Source: a virus (Duplodnaviria > Caudoviricetes). Taken from it: a stretch of 64,000 nt of DNA. Within the stretch, counting starts at the first letter, position 1, and each line of letters begins with the position of its first letter. The stretch spans positions 32,001-96,000 of IMG/VR virus record IMGVR_UViG_3300021399_000118, one strand, 5' to 3'. Positions 1 to 12,200 of the stretch are shown here, piece by piece. The position numbers were made by a program, and so were the translations under genes. The notes under the pieces were generated by a model. The model worked only from the letters and a program-made list of their open reading frames with translations. It made no database searches and had not been told where the DNA came from.

Positions 1-555
1 GGCTCAGATGCATATGAACTATTTTTTCAGACACAGCTCCACTATAAGAGTTGGCGACTTGGGAGTGCCGACTACAAATCCAAGAGGAGGCGCATGTTAG
101 CTGCTGCTCGGGACTTGTGTGCTCTCTATCCTAAGCGTCCTTACAAATTCGACAAGAAAGCAGACGCAGAAGACAAAGCCTTAAAAGCCGCGGAAGAAGA
201 GGCCAGAATGAAGACGGAAGAAGCGGCACAAAAAGCAGCTATTCAGGCCGAAGCGGAAAGAATCGTCCGAGAGGAAGAGGAAGCCAGACTCAAGGCTGAA
301 CGTGCCGAAAAGGCCCGCGTCGAATGGGAAAAAGCGGAAGCAGAAGCGAAGGCTGAAGAGCAGAGGAAGACAGAAATGCTGAAAGCCGCCGTCGAAGCGG
401 AGCGAGCCAAAGTCAAGCTTGAAAAAACAGAGTATGTTCTGGGCGTTGTTCCTGAAACCGGGTTAATCGAAGAAACAGTTCCCCCGGAGCCCGAGAAACA
501 AACAGGCTTCTTTGCGCGGCTGAGAGACCGGTTTGGAAAGAAGGCTTCAGAATGA
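1..555 (+). CDS. Hypothetical protein with Glu/Ala/Lys-rich coiled coil, probably 5'-truncated by the window edge
   Basis: Frame is open from base 1 through the ATG at 94; low-complexity EAEK-rich helix. Confidence 0.6.
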   Translation, partial: GSDAYELFFQTQLHYKSWRLGSADYKSKRRRMLAAARDLCALYPKRPYKFDKKADAEDKALKAAEEEARMKTEEAAQKAAIQAEAERIVREEEEARLKAERAEKARVEWEKAEAEAKAEEQRKTEMLKAAVEAERAKVKLEKTEYVLGVVPETGLIEETVPPEPEKQTGFFARLRDRFGKKASE

Positions 556-728
556 CGGTAGGAGAATTGATCGAAAGGTTGAAGACTTTACCTCAGGACG
601 CGACGGCTACTTATTTTCACAATGTTTACGGGGTTATTCACATCGACGAGATCGAGGAAAGACCCTGTCAAACACCCGGCGGCCGGGCATTCGACATTAT
701 CGTTTTAAAAGGAGTTAAGGAAGAATGA
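552..728 (+). CDS. Small phage protein (MTVGELIERLKTLPQD...), 58 aa, not in the ORF track
   Basis: ATGA overlaps with both neighbours; same 'MTV.(E/Q)L...L...PQ' start as the gene at 49291-49476. Confidence 0.65.
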   Translation: MTVGELIERLKTLPQDATATYFHNVYGVIHIDEIEERPCQTPGGRAFDIIVLKGVKEE

Positions 729-1069
729 CGTATTACGAGTTTTTTCAAAAGGCAGCTGAAGAAGTTCTTGTTCAGGCCGAGAACGGGTTATGGTATCTGG
801 AGCCCAGCTACCGGACTATTTTAGAGTCAGCTGATATCACCCCGGACAAGGTGAAGGAAGTCAAGTTAAGCTGGGCGTCTGTTCTTGACTGGATGAGCCT
901 CGAAGTCAAGAAGAGGAACACAATCGAAGACAAGATGCCCGTTGTTGTAGAATGGCTGCACAATCTTATTACAGCGACTGTAGAACCGGCTATGCTGGAA
1001 GAAGAAACAGAGTATCTGAAAAATCTGACAGAGTATCTTAATGCAAAGAAAGAAACTTCTGCGATATAA
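725..1069 (+). CDS. Hypothetical protein, 114 aa
   Basis: ORF with AAGGAG/AAGGA upstream, coupled to the previous gene. Confidence 0.65.
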   Translation: MTYYEFFQKAAEEVLVQAENGLWYLEPSYRTILESADITPDKVKEVKLSWASVLDWMSLEVKKRNTIEDKMPVVVEWLHNLITATVEPAMLEEETEYLKNLTEYLNAKKETSAI

Positions 1070-1102
1070 AAAAGACGGGGAGAGCCTTAACCGGCTCTCC
1101 CC
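1068..1102 (-). terminator. Intrinsic terminator for the minus-strand gene 1139-3118
   Basis: GGGGAGAGCC/GGCTCTCCCC 10-bp stem at 1077-1102 with an A-tract at 1068-1073 (U-tract on the minus strand). Confidence 0.75.
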
Positions 1103-1138
1103 ATATTCAGCTACAAGTTATAAGACTGGATAGATTTT

Positions 1139-3118
1139 TTATTCGTTGAATATTCTCCAGCTTTCGCCATATAAATTATGACCACATTTATGGCAAATGA
1201 TTCTTTTTTCTCCTTTAATTTCAAGCATCGAAGGGTCATCGCACAAACAAGATGGACATATTTCATTTCCGTTTTTGTGTTCAAAAGAACCGCCGCAATG
1301 CATACAAATCCAGTAGCCTTCGCTATCCTGATGTTTGCACTCCCGACTGTCAATTATCTGATGGCAATTTATACAAAAATTTAAATACACGTTTTTATCA
1401 TGCTGAAAATCTTTTGTTTCTTCATGTGAGCAATTATATATTGTCGGCGAAACGTATGCCGTAAACTTTTTTGCATATCGAAAATTAGGATGAAAAGAAG
1501 CTCCGCAGCGGCATTTCATATGAGAATAAATTCTGATTATTTGATTGACATAACCTGATAATAAAAATGAATAGTTCCATGGTACTAAATTTGCGTCAGG
1601 GTCACCGTCTTTAATTTCAGCAATGTCTGGGTTATATCTAATGTTAATTAATAAATCTGTGAGCGTAATATCGCCAGGTTTATTTGTTTCTCTGTATTTT
1701 GTGTTTTCGTAAGACATAGTGAAAAAATAGCTGCACGCCTTGCCTTCACATGCGTGATCTTTTTCTCTCGGACAGTATATTCTGTTTATGTTTTTCCATG
1801 GTCTTCCATCGCAAAACAGTTCCGGGTTAATGTAGCTGCCGGATTGGCATTTGTCTAACATTTCACGCAGCGAAGGGGCTATCAGTTTGTTTTTATTAAA
1901 CCATTGAGCGATGTAGTTAACTAAGGTCCAGTGTGCTTTGTAAAAAAAAGCCCGCTTTTCTGTATCTGAGTTTAAAAAATAAATTTGAAGAAAACACATA
2001 ACAACATAAACAATTTCAGAACATCCGTTTTGAAGAAATTTTTGAGGATCAATAAAATAATTCTTATAATAGTCAAGCATTTCCGGATAAGCCGACAAAA
2101 CAAGCAAAGATCTAACCCTGGTTCGCTCAGGAATAAGGTCCCACCAGTAATCAAACAAAAGCTTGCTTTGTATTATTCTGCTCGCTATCTGTCCAAGTGT
2201 TTCGGAAGACGCATATATATCCGCTGTCTTCAGATAACTGACAATATAATTGTTTTGTTTGCAGAATGGTTTATTCCAAGCAAATAAATCAACATTTTCT
2301 CTCATCTGCCTGTTGCTTATATATGGATAAAATCTTGGACTTTTGATCAAAACGTCGAACGGCAAAAACTCAGAGACCTGAGAGACGATGTGTTCGTCTG
2401 TTGTTTTTATTAGTGTTTCCAATTTTTTTTGTACGTCTGGATTGTCGGACTGAAACAGACTTTTGTACGTTTCCCGGTTCAACATCTTTACGATGGCGCT
2501 GTTTTCTATCATGTCCGGGTTTTTTATAAGAATTGGAGCCACATTTAAATCGTTTTTCAAGAAAACATATATCAGTTCTTCTAAGTTCTTGGATGAATCA
2601 TGTTCAAAAGGTATTTCGTCAATATAGGGTTTAATAAACGCTGTTCCTTTTGATTCAATATATTTGATGATTTCTGCGCATAAAGAGCCGGAAATTTCAT
2701 GTTTTAACCACTTTTGATACAAAAGCTTTCGAACTTTTTCAATGGCAAAATCAGCAAAATAATCAGCCCAGTTGTTTTTATAAATATATTCCGGGCATAT
2801 TGATTTTAAACATTCGATTACCTCAGGATTGGCTTTTTGTGTCGAGTTAAGCCAATCAAAAACTTCTTGCGGAGTCAGTTCGTCTGCAAGACATATTACT
2901 TTTACTCTTGGCCTGTCTGATCCAGCATCAGGATCTAATTCGTAAACCGCAAGCGTTCCAACAAAGGATTGTCTATTTTTAGTTGGGTTGAGGCGGCTAT
3001 ATTTTTTAATTGCTGAAAAATGAAAATAAACATCATGAACATACCCAACTGGTCTTACAAATCCATAAGAATGCATCCCGTTGTTTCCGCCATAGTTTAC
3101 GATGCGACCAATATACAT
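1139..3118 (-). CDS. Cold-shock (OB-fold) domain protein with Cys-rich Zn-binding C-terminus; moron-like gene
   Basis: N-terminal RNP1/RNP2-like SYGFVRP...DVYFHFSAI; multiple CxxC pairs at the C-terminus; AT-rich; opposite strand to the tail genes. Confidence 0.75.
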   Translation of the reverse strand: MYIGRIVNYGGNNGMHSYGFVRPVGYVHDVYFHFSAIKKYSRLNPTKNRQSFVGTLAVYELDPDAGSDRPRVKVICLADELTPQEVFDWLNSTQKANPEVIECLKSICPEYIYKNNWADYFADFAIEKVRKLLYQKWLKHEISGSLCAEIIKYIESKGTAFIKPYIDEIPFEHDSSKNLEELIYVFLKNDLNVAPILIKNPDMIENSAIVKMLNRETYKSLFQSDNPDVQKKLETLIKTTDEHIVSQVSEFLPFDVLIKSPRFYPYISNRQMRENVDLFAWNKPFCKQNNYIVSYLKTADIYASSETLGQIASRIIQSKLLFDYWWDLIPERTRVRSLLVLSAYPEMLDYYKNYFIDPQKFLQNGCSEIVYVVMCFLQIYFLNSDTEKRAFFYKAHWTLVNYIAQWFNKNKLIAPSLREMLDKCQSGSYINPELFCDGRPWKNINRIYCPREKDHACEGKACSYFFTMSYENTKYRETNKPGDITLTDLLINIRYNPDIAEIKDGDPDANLVPWNYSFLLSGYVNQIIRIYSHMKCRCGASFHPNFRYAKKFTAYVSPTIYNCSHEETKDFQHDKNVYLNFCINCHQIIDSRECKHQDSEGYWICMHCGGSFEHKNGNEICPSCLCDDPSMLEIKGEKRIICHKCGHNLYGESWRIFNE

Positions 3119-3166
3119 TCTTTCCTCCGTTACAGAACATGACTTTTTCAGCAGATAATCTGCTTT

Positions 3167-3195
3167 ATTATATATTTCTTTTTAACGGAAGTCAA
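3167..3195 (-). promoter_or_regulatory. Sigma-A/70-type promoter for the cold-shock-domain gene
   Basis: Minus strand TTGACT (3195-3190), 17-nt spacer, TATAAT (3172-3167). Confidence 0.7.
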
Positions 3196-3220
3196 ATACA
3201 AGAAGAAGAGGTGAACATAT

Positions 3221-6200
3221 ATGGCAGACGAAATAGAAGTCAGAATAAAAACCATACTAGATGAAACATCTGTTAAAGATACAAAAAAGGTTCTTGAGGA
3301 AGAATATGAGGATCTTGCAGTTTCTCCAAACACAGATCTTGAAAAACGTCTTATGTCTGTCGGGGAGACGCTTCGAGAGAACGATTTTGATGCAATTATT
3401 CCGGAATTTGGAAGACAGTTTGAAACACAGGTTTCCATTATCAGCCAAAATGTTGCAAGGTTGATGGGTTTATATGATAAAATCGGCCAGGCACAAACAA
3501 AATATGATCGTAAAATTGCTGCTGATAACTTTGTCGCAGCTCAAAAAAGAGCGGCTGTTCAAGTCGCTGATCTTGAAACCGCAATTAATTCCGCTCAGGC
3601 ATTTACATCTTCAATGCCTGCGCATTTAGTAAATCCATTTGCTCAGATGTACCGCAAAGAGAGTCCTTCGATGAGGGCAAACTTTGTCCGAATGTCTTCT
3701 TCGAATGGCTCCGGTTTTATGTATGCAAACGGAGATCAGATGGCCAGGGATTTTGCGAAGGCTTTTTCGTCGCGGCAAGCCCAGGTCGGAACAAACGAAG
3801 AGTTAACTCGATTTATCCAAGAGTACGGATATGATCTTGCTGCGGCGCTGATGCCGATTATGTCAACCGGCTTTAATCGAGAAGATCTTGTCGGGTTTTC
3901 TTTTAATAAAAGAAAAGAAAACCCTGGAAGTATCAGACAGCTTTTACCAAAGGCTTTCCAGGGGCTTAGATTAACACAAACACCCGAATACAGAGCTTTT
4001 AATCACACATCTGAAAAGCTGAGCGAAACAGAACTTCAAGATCTGGAATCTTTTATTCTTTCATCTCAGGATCTGATGGAAGAGTTTGAACTGGCCGGCC
4101 TCGCGCAAAGAAAAAATGGGCGAATAAGGATTAATACAAACGCTACGAGAGAAAATATAGACGCCCTTGGCGGAAGACTTGCTTCTCTTTATGAGGCTGG
4201 GGCAAGAGGCATTTCCACGGATCCGAACGCAGAAATAATCGACGTAAATGATCCAAAATACATCCAACGGATCGCATCCAAGAACAATCGGTCGATGGTC
4301 TCCGCAAACAGAGGAATGCGCATTGCGGAAGAGATGTTTCCGTGGATTGTTCCCTCTTACGTTGAAACTCCGAAAACGGCTGCTTATGATAAAGACATTG
4401 GAAAAATCACAGCTTCTCCAAGATATAAAGCTGGATCTTTTACATTGCTTCCATTTGAAAATGAGGGTGAAGTTGAAAATCTTCCTGTTGTAAACAGCCT
4501 GATACAGCAAAGATTAGCAAAACTTCAAGGGGCAGACAAGTTTGTACACAACGGGAAAAACACAAACGAAATCTATATGAAGATGCCAGTAGAGGCTCTT
4601 CAGGATTTTGAAACAACGCCCGAGATGAGGCAGGAACTTGTTCAAAGAATAGCTGCTCAAATCGGAAGCGTACAGCACGCAAACGGATACGATTATGTAT
4701 TTACAGGGTTTACTGGGACCAACGCTGCTTTTACAAGAAAAGACTTGTATGACCAGGCTATTGCGCTTGACCCGAATTTCTTTACAAACGGTGAGAACCG
4801 AAGAAAATTTTCCGGCCAAGGAGCCGGGGCCGCGTTCGGTCATGCTGTGGATTATATGCAAAAGCAGAGAACGGACGGCGAAGACATTCGGGATTTATAC
4901 GGAACGGATCTAAGCGGAGCGAGAGTCATCGTTGCGGATCTAAAAAAGATTACAGGGCTTGATGGACAGAACTGGATATCGAATGACCTTGTCCCTGCGA
5001 CATTTCAAGGAAGAGATGTTTCCGGAAAATCTACATACAGCGTATTTTCCATGGAAGGATTACGGAGAAAATATGCTTCTCTGATTGATCCTGAAACAGG
5101 AGATCTTGTTTTCGACAAAGGCGGAATCGATGGAGGTGAACTCCGAATCCCGAAAGGCGGAAGCGTCATCCTCGAAGACTGGTCCAACATCAAAGCAAAC
5201 AACCAATACGCCGGGCTGTCTCAAGACGAAGTAAACCAGAAAAGAACTGAAATTGTCCGCAGAGACGGGATCTTTGCAAAGACAACAGCAGACGATGCCG
5301 CTACAAGCGCAAGATACATTTCATCTCAGGCGGCCGCAAGCCTTTCGCTTGACGACAAAGCGAGAGAATATTTCAGAAATGTCTATCTCGAACGTCTTGC
5401 CATGCTTCGAAATGAAGACCAGGTTAAAGAGCTTCTGTTCAGCGGACAGGATGGATTATCGAAAGCTGTCATGTCTGGCGAAGTGTCTATGGATGATCCG
5501 GATGTTCAGGCGCGAATTTTATCTTACCGCCGTGCGTTGACACATAATGTCGGAGAGGGAAACTTGCTTTTGCCTGCGCACATCGGCAAATATGCAATGC
5601 TGCAGGCGTGGCTTCCGGATGTGTTTAATCAGCTTGTCGATGAAAAGAAACTGACCGAAGATATGAAAGCTATGGGGCTGGAAGACGAAGCCATAGAGAA
5701 TTTTGATTATAAGCACAAAATAGCTTATTTTGCGAGCAAGGCTGACGAGCTGATGTCTTTCAGAAACCCTGATACGCTAAGCGGAAACCAAGCAGTTATT
5801 AACAGAGGAGCTGAAGATTTTTTTCAGACGCTTGCAGATGATTTAGGTCTTGACAAGCAAGCCTTATACGCAGATCCAAGATCAGCCATTTTAAGAAAGT
5901 GGCAAACAGCTGACGAAGACGGAGATACTGTCTTCATGAGCGCTCTTCGAGGAAACGGTGTTTTCGGAGAGATTATGGCAAGGGTTCTTGCGAAAACAGC
6001 TGAAGATTACAAGAATCTTATTGAAATGTCCGGGAGAACCCAGGAAGAACAAGAAGCCTACGCTCAAAGTCGGGTTCGCAGCACGGAAATTGACGGGAAA
6101 GAATGGAATCTTAACGATCCTCTTGATATGGCAACCTGGTTTTCTCTTCGTCAACAGCCCGGGGCTAAAATGGGCGCTGCTCATGCGGTTACCGTTGGAG

Positions 6201-9200
6201 CAAAGCAATTTCCTTTAAAAGGCACTTTTGCCAGAGCGCAGCTGGAAGCAGAATCACATTACGATAAAGTATCAAACGGAATCTATAAAAATTTCGAAGA
6301 CTGGGATCAAACGCCAGACGAATGGGAAGTTTTAAAGGGCGGTGCTCCGTTTTTTCGGCTGAATGAATGGCGGAACAAGGCGACACACTTAGCAGAGCTT
6401 CATGGTGCAGGGCAAGATGAAACAAAGGAAAAGCATTTTGATCAGGAATCGTTTAACAAAAAGAAAGTTGACTCAGTAAATTTTGCTTCAATCCATGATC
6501 CGCATGCTCTCGTTGCAGATTTTTCTCAATTTATAGCCGGGCAGGAAGATCCAGAATCTCTGCTGTCAAGCGTTCAGGGTGGAAATTGGGATGAAATCTT
6601 TTCAAATCTTCCTGAAGTATCTAAAAATAAAGAGGTCGCAGCGCTTCAAACAAGGCTTCGTGCTCTTCGGCAAGATAAACTTAACGGAAAGTTTTTAGCC
6701 TTTGACGACAGCGTGGTCCGCGAGTTAGGAGCTCTCTCAGCCAACGCATTGCACGCAATAACCGATGAAGTAAACAAGGATCCTCAATTTGACAGCGATG
6801 CAAAACGTACGGCAGAGATTGTGAGACGCTGGCGAGCAGCCGGAGGCGAAGTCCCAGCACATTTAAAAGAATGGGGTTTAACTCGTTCAAACATTGAAAA
6901 GAACCCTGAACTGAAAGCTGAAGTTCAAAAAGCGATTAACGCCTACGGAGAAGATCGCGTTTACGCAAGAAGCGATGCGGATGTTGGATATGTTTATTAT
7001 ACCCCTGAAGAGATTCAGGCTGACAGGGTTCGCAGAGCACACGACGCAGTCGAAAAGAAAAAGGCGGCTCTCGAACAGGCCAAGCTTGAAAAAGCAAAAG
7101 CTGATCAAGCAATAATCAGCGAAAAGAAGGCAGAAGCAGTAAACACAGAAACAGTTCGTGTCGAGGACGAAACACAAGCAGAAGCCAAGGAGTTAACCGC
7201 AAAAACACCGGAGACGAAACCTCAAGCCGTGTTAAACGAAAATGCCAATCCTCCTTTGGTTAATCCTCCTTCCACGCCAATTACCAATCCTCCTTCTCCG
7301 GCTTCCAGTAAACCTGATTCTGGAGATCACTGGCTCTTAGATAATTTAAGGGCAAGAATAGCAACTGCCAGAGAAATGGCCAAAAAATATCCGGACGACG
7401 ATAAATGGATAAAACAACTTGCAGAAGATGAGCGAATGTTAAAGGAAGCAGAGGAGTCCGGTGACAGAGTAAAGTGGGCCGAAGATCATATTCAAAATGC
7501 TACGGATAGATACAGACAGGAAAAGAAAGCTGATGAAGAATCCGAACTTCAGGCTCGCACAAAAAGAAACGGGGACATTGGACCAGTTAAAACGGAAAAC
7601 GAAGAACATTCGAAAGCTAAACGGAATCAAACTAAAGCATCTAAACCTCAAACAGCTGAACCTGAAGAAAATGATGAAAATATTAGAAGATTGGAAGCCG
7701 AGCTTGCTCAAGCGCAGGCTGAAGAAGAAAGGGAAATAAAAGCACAAAAAAATATTGAGGCGTATATGGCTGATCAGGCGGAGTATAATAGAATATATGC
7801 TTCTGCTCAGGATCTTTCGAATCAGTTCCGGATTAATAAAAGTGCAAAGAGAAACAAAATTGAAGGAAGAAGTCTTGCGGAAGGTTATTTTAACAGGAGT
7901 TACTACGGTGAATTTCGGCCACTGGATAGAGAAATAGCAGATTATATTAAAAATCATCCAGAAATGGATCCTAGCCAAACGGTTGCGCTGAATCAATTAA
8001 TCGCCCAAGCCAGGGGTGATATGTTTGAAGATTTTGCCAACAAAGGAACTCTTTTTGCCAAAGAATATGCCGACGATGTCGAAACAGAACTTAAAGGCAT
8101 AACAAATCCCGCGTCTAAACAGAAAAAAGTATTAGACAACTACACGAAGACGGCTGAGGAAGCTCAAAAGTTTATTGAGCAAATCGATAAAGTATTAAGC
8201 GATCCGAAGATAAAAAAAGATGATTCCAGTAGAAAAGCTTTAGAAAAGGCAAAAGAAAATATCAGTGCGTCGATTCAGCAAGGGAGTGCATTTCAGAGAG
8301 AGCTTGCGGAGCAATACAAAAAAGAAAATAACGAAAACGCTCTTTTAAGAACCGAAGATCTGAAGGCGAAATACAATAAGAATTATAAAAAGAGCGGAAA
8401 TTATCAGGCGATTCTTCGGAACAGAGAGATTGACGCGCTTCAAAAAGATTTAGATCAGCAGCAAAGAGAAGGATTGATCGGAGAAGACTCTTACAGCAAA
8501 GCATCTGAAGATCTTTCAAAGATGCGAGCGGATGCTGTTGGCTGGAAAATCGATATGACGGAAGGCCTCCAGAGCGTTGGTAAACTTGCATCGGAAACCG
8601 CTTCGAAAATGGTTCGGCAGTTTGGCCGGCAAATGTGGCAATCTGCGATAAACGAAACCAAGAAGTTTGTTCAGGAATACGACAAGAGCATGACCACTAT
8701 TCAGATGATCACACTTAAGTCGGACGACGAGATAAAGAGTCTTGGAACCGGATTGATCGGAAAAGCCAAGACGATGAAAATGACTGTTGGAGATGTTACG
8801 TCCACGGCAGAAAGTCTGTATCGTCAAGGGCTCACAGATTCTGAGGTAAACAGTCGGCTGGATACGATTCTTAAATTTTCTGCTGTGTCAGGGACTAAAG
8901 CGGAAGACGCCACAAAACTGATTACAACCGCAATGAACACGGGTCTGGTCAGCGGCGCACAAGAAGCAGCAGATATTGTAACTGCCTTGGGAGACAGTGC
9001 CGCTACTAACGCCGCCCAAATAGAGAAAGGCATTGAAAAAGCCGGTGCAGCCGCGGCTGTCGATGGAACGAGTTTTGCTGAGCTTGCGGCGATGCTTACG
9101 GCCATTACCGCAACCACACAGCTGACAGGCAATGTTGCTGGAACAACGATGAACTCTATTTTCGGAAGGATGAATAAAATCGGAACGAATGAGCTCATCG

Positions 9201-12200
9201 AGGACGAAAATGGTAATAAGATCAGCGCTTCTGCTATTGCTACGCTTTTGAGAGAACAGGGGATTCAAACCCATATTAACGGAGAAAAACGATCTTCCTT
9301 CGACATCCTGAAGGAGCTTTCGACCAAATGGCAAAGTTTGTCCGACGCAGAACAGCAACGACTTTCTACGGCCATTGCCGGAACAAGGCAATACTCCAAC
9401 TTCTCAGCTATTATGCTTGGTATGGCAGAAGGAAATATCGATCAATATCTTGATACTGCCGGAGAATCTGAAGGAATCGTTGACAAGAAATATGAAGTTT
9501 ACACAAGAAGCCTCGAAGCCGCATTAAACGATCTGAAAACAACCTGGGACAGCCTTGTTGCAGGAATACAAGAAAACGATATTGCAACCGGACTTGTCGA
9601 CGGACTGACTTCCTTATTGAGTGGTTTTAGCAATATTCAGTCTCAAGCAGGAAGTGTTGTTTCAGCTCTAATTTTAATCGCCGGTGCGATTTCTGCGATT
9701 GGTGTTGCCTCAGCCGCTGCAAAGCTGCCCGGATTTATTCCTAAACTTTTAGGAATTGCAGCAGGCGCAGCCGTCGTTGGCGGCGCAAGCTTGCTTGCGA
9801 ACCAATTTAAAGACATTGGAACTCAAAAAAATAAAAACGATAGTCCAGAAGCACTTATAGAAAAAAATGAAACCTTCAAAGCGAACGCTGCGGATCAAAG
9901 CAAATATTATCAAAACTTAATTGATGAGACAAACATCTTGGCAAAAAAGATAAAAGAGGGCACAGCAACAGGACGAGAAAGCAGCGATTTTGCATCAAAT
10001 GTTAATTTGCTTGGGGCGTCGTTTGAAAGTGTTGGTGCTTCTATTAACAGTGCAACAAGCGCTCTTGAAGGATGGGAATCTGCTTCAAGCCTTGCCCAGA
10101 ACGCTGCAGATGAAATAGCTGAAGCCAATAAAAAGATTATTCGCTCGAACGAAGAAGTTATCAGACAGAATATCAGAGAGAAGGCTCAGAAAGATTTTAA
10201 AGAAGCTTCAGTTAACAACGGATTCTCGAAAACCGGATTGGATCTACTTCAAACTCTTGAGACATACAGGCAAGGAAATGTTGATCGTTTCGAAGTCGAT
10301 GCTCGTTTGAGACAAATGGGCCTGGGTCTTGGGGAAGGCGTGTCCGACGCAAACGCACTAGCGTTCTACGACGTTTACAGTTTTACACAAGGAAACTCCG
10401 ATAATCCGTTCAAAGGAAGAGAATTAACGACAAAAGCTCTTCTTAGCCTTGCTGGCACAATTTTTACAAACAGAGGCGCAAGCGCAATCAGCAAAGCTCT
10501 CGGAGAAGGAGGAGCGACTGAGCTGGGGACGCTGTTTGAAGATTCTGATTCTTTTGTGGCAGCATTTCAAAACGGATTTAAAGACACCGAGCTCTCCTTT
10601 GCGACATATCAAAATCTTATTTCGCTAATTGGATCTATTATATCTGGCAACGCACCAGATGGTATTAAGTCTCTCATAGAGTTGTCGCAAGAAAATCCGG
10701 AAGAAAGAAAAATCATAGAGCGGGCAATCGATGATCAACTGGCAAATACTGATCAATATGCAAGCCTTGGATCCGAGGCAAAAGAGATTATTAGGAAAAA
10801 AGCAAAATCTTACGCGTCTGGCCTGTCTCTTGATGATGCCTATAATTTTGCGATTGGTGACAGGAAAGACCTTGAGGCATTTATCTTAAGTGAATCGAAA
10901 GAAGCTGCGAACAATCCGAATTACGTAGAAGAAGCCAAAAAAACTGGAACATATGTTCCTGTTTCCATTTCGGAATCTGTTGCAGCAGCATATTCTGCAC
11001 TTACGGGAAAGAACAGAAAATACGATACAGAATACCAGGCGCTGCTTTCTGATGTTGTTGCCGCCAGCGCCTCAGAGAACCCGATTGAGGCTTTAAAATC
11101 TTTAGAATCAAGCCGGCATAGTGCGATCGTCGGAAGTGAAGACGCCGAACTGTTAAAGATCTGGAATGATGTAAACGAAAATAATGGCCAAGGCGTTTAC
11201 AGCGTTGGAGATCTCAGAACTTACCTTGAAAACAAGGTATTTAGCTCTACTCCTGCGGCGAGAAAGCAAGGCAATCTGAATACCGCTTACAATCTTTCTC
11301 AGGCGAACGACTTGCTTCAGCGGCTCGCATCCAACGACAGAAGTCACGAAGCCCTGACACAGCTTGCTTCTATGACTGGTCTGGACATCGAACAAGTTCT
11401 CGCGAATCAGGAAAACGCTATTTCTCTTGCACAAGATTTACAGAATCAAAATGTTGAATCTTATCTGTCCAAAATAAGATCTGATGTAGACAAGGAATTC
11501 GGAGAAGAACTGAAAGATCCAAATAAACGCAACAAAGATCTTCAAGACAGAATTAACAAATCGCTTCAAGGAACAGGAGTAAGTCTTAAATCTTTTGACG
11601 AAAACGGAAATCCTGTTTACGAACATGATTTTACTTCTGTTAATCGTCGCGCAGGAGTTATGGATTATTCGACTCAGTACACCAACGCAGAGCTGATGGG
11701 TTATGCTAAACAGCTGGCTGAAAATGGTGGCACCTGGAACGAAATGTTTGCTACAGGCGGAACTTATCATGACTGGTCTAACGAACAGATCAACGCAGTC
11801 GCATCCTACTCCCCTGCCCTTGCCAGATATTTAAAGATGAGCGCCGATCAGAGAGCGTCCGCAGAAGGTCAGGCACTGAAACAGCAATACGAAATTCAGT
11901 TTAAAACAGAGGGCCTTGGAACCCTTGAACAAGCTGGGAACATTCTTCAGGGAACGGCCAGCCTTGTTGAGCGATTAAATCAGAACGGCACGATCAAGCT
12001 TAAAGCAGAATATGAAATAGCAAGTAATGCAACTGAGCGGCTGCAAAGAACTGCCATGCTAAACAACGGATCTTTAGCTGAACAGACTCAAGCCGTTTCT
12101 GAAATTACTGGCAGATCTGCAAGCGAGATTCAAACCAACTTTACGGCCTACAAGCAAGAAGCGCAGGAATACATTGCAGCTGAACGCGCCGCAACAAAGT

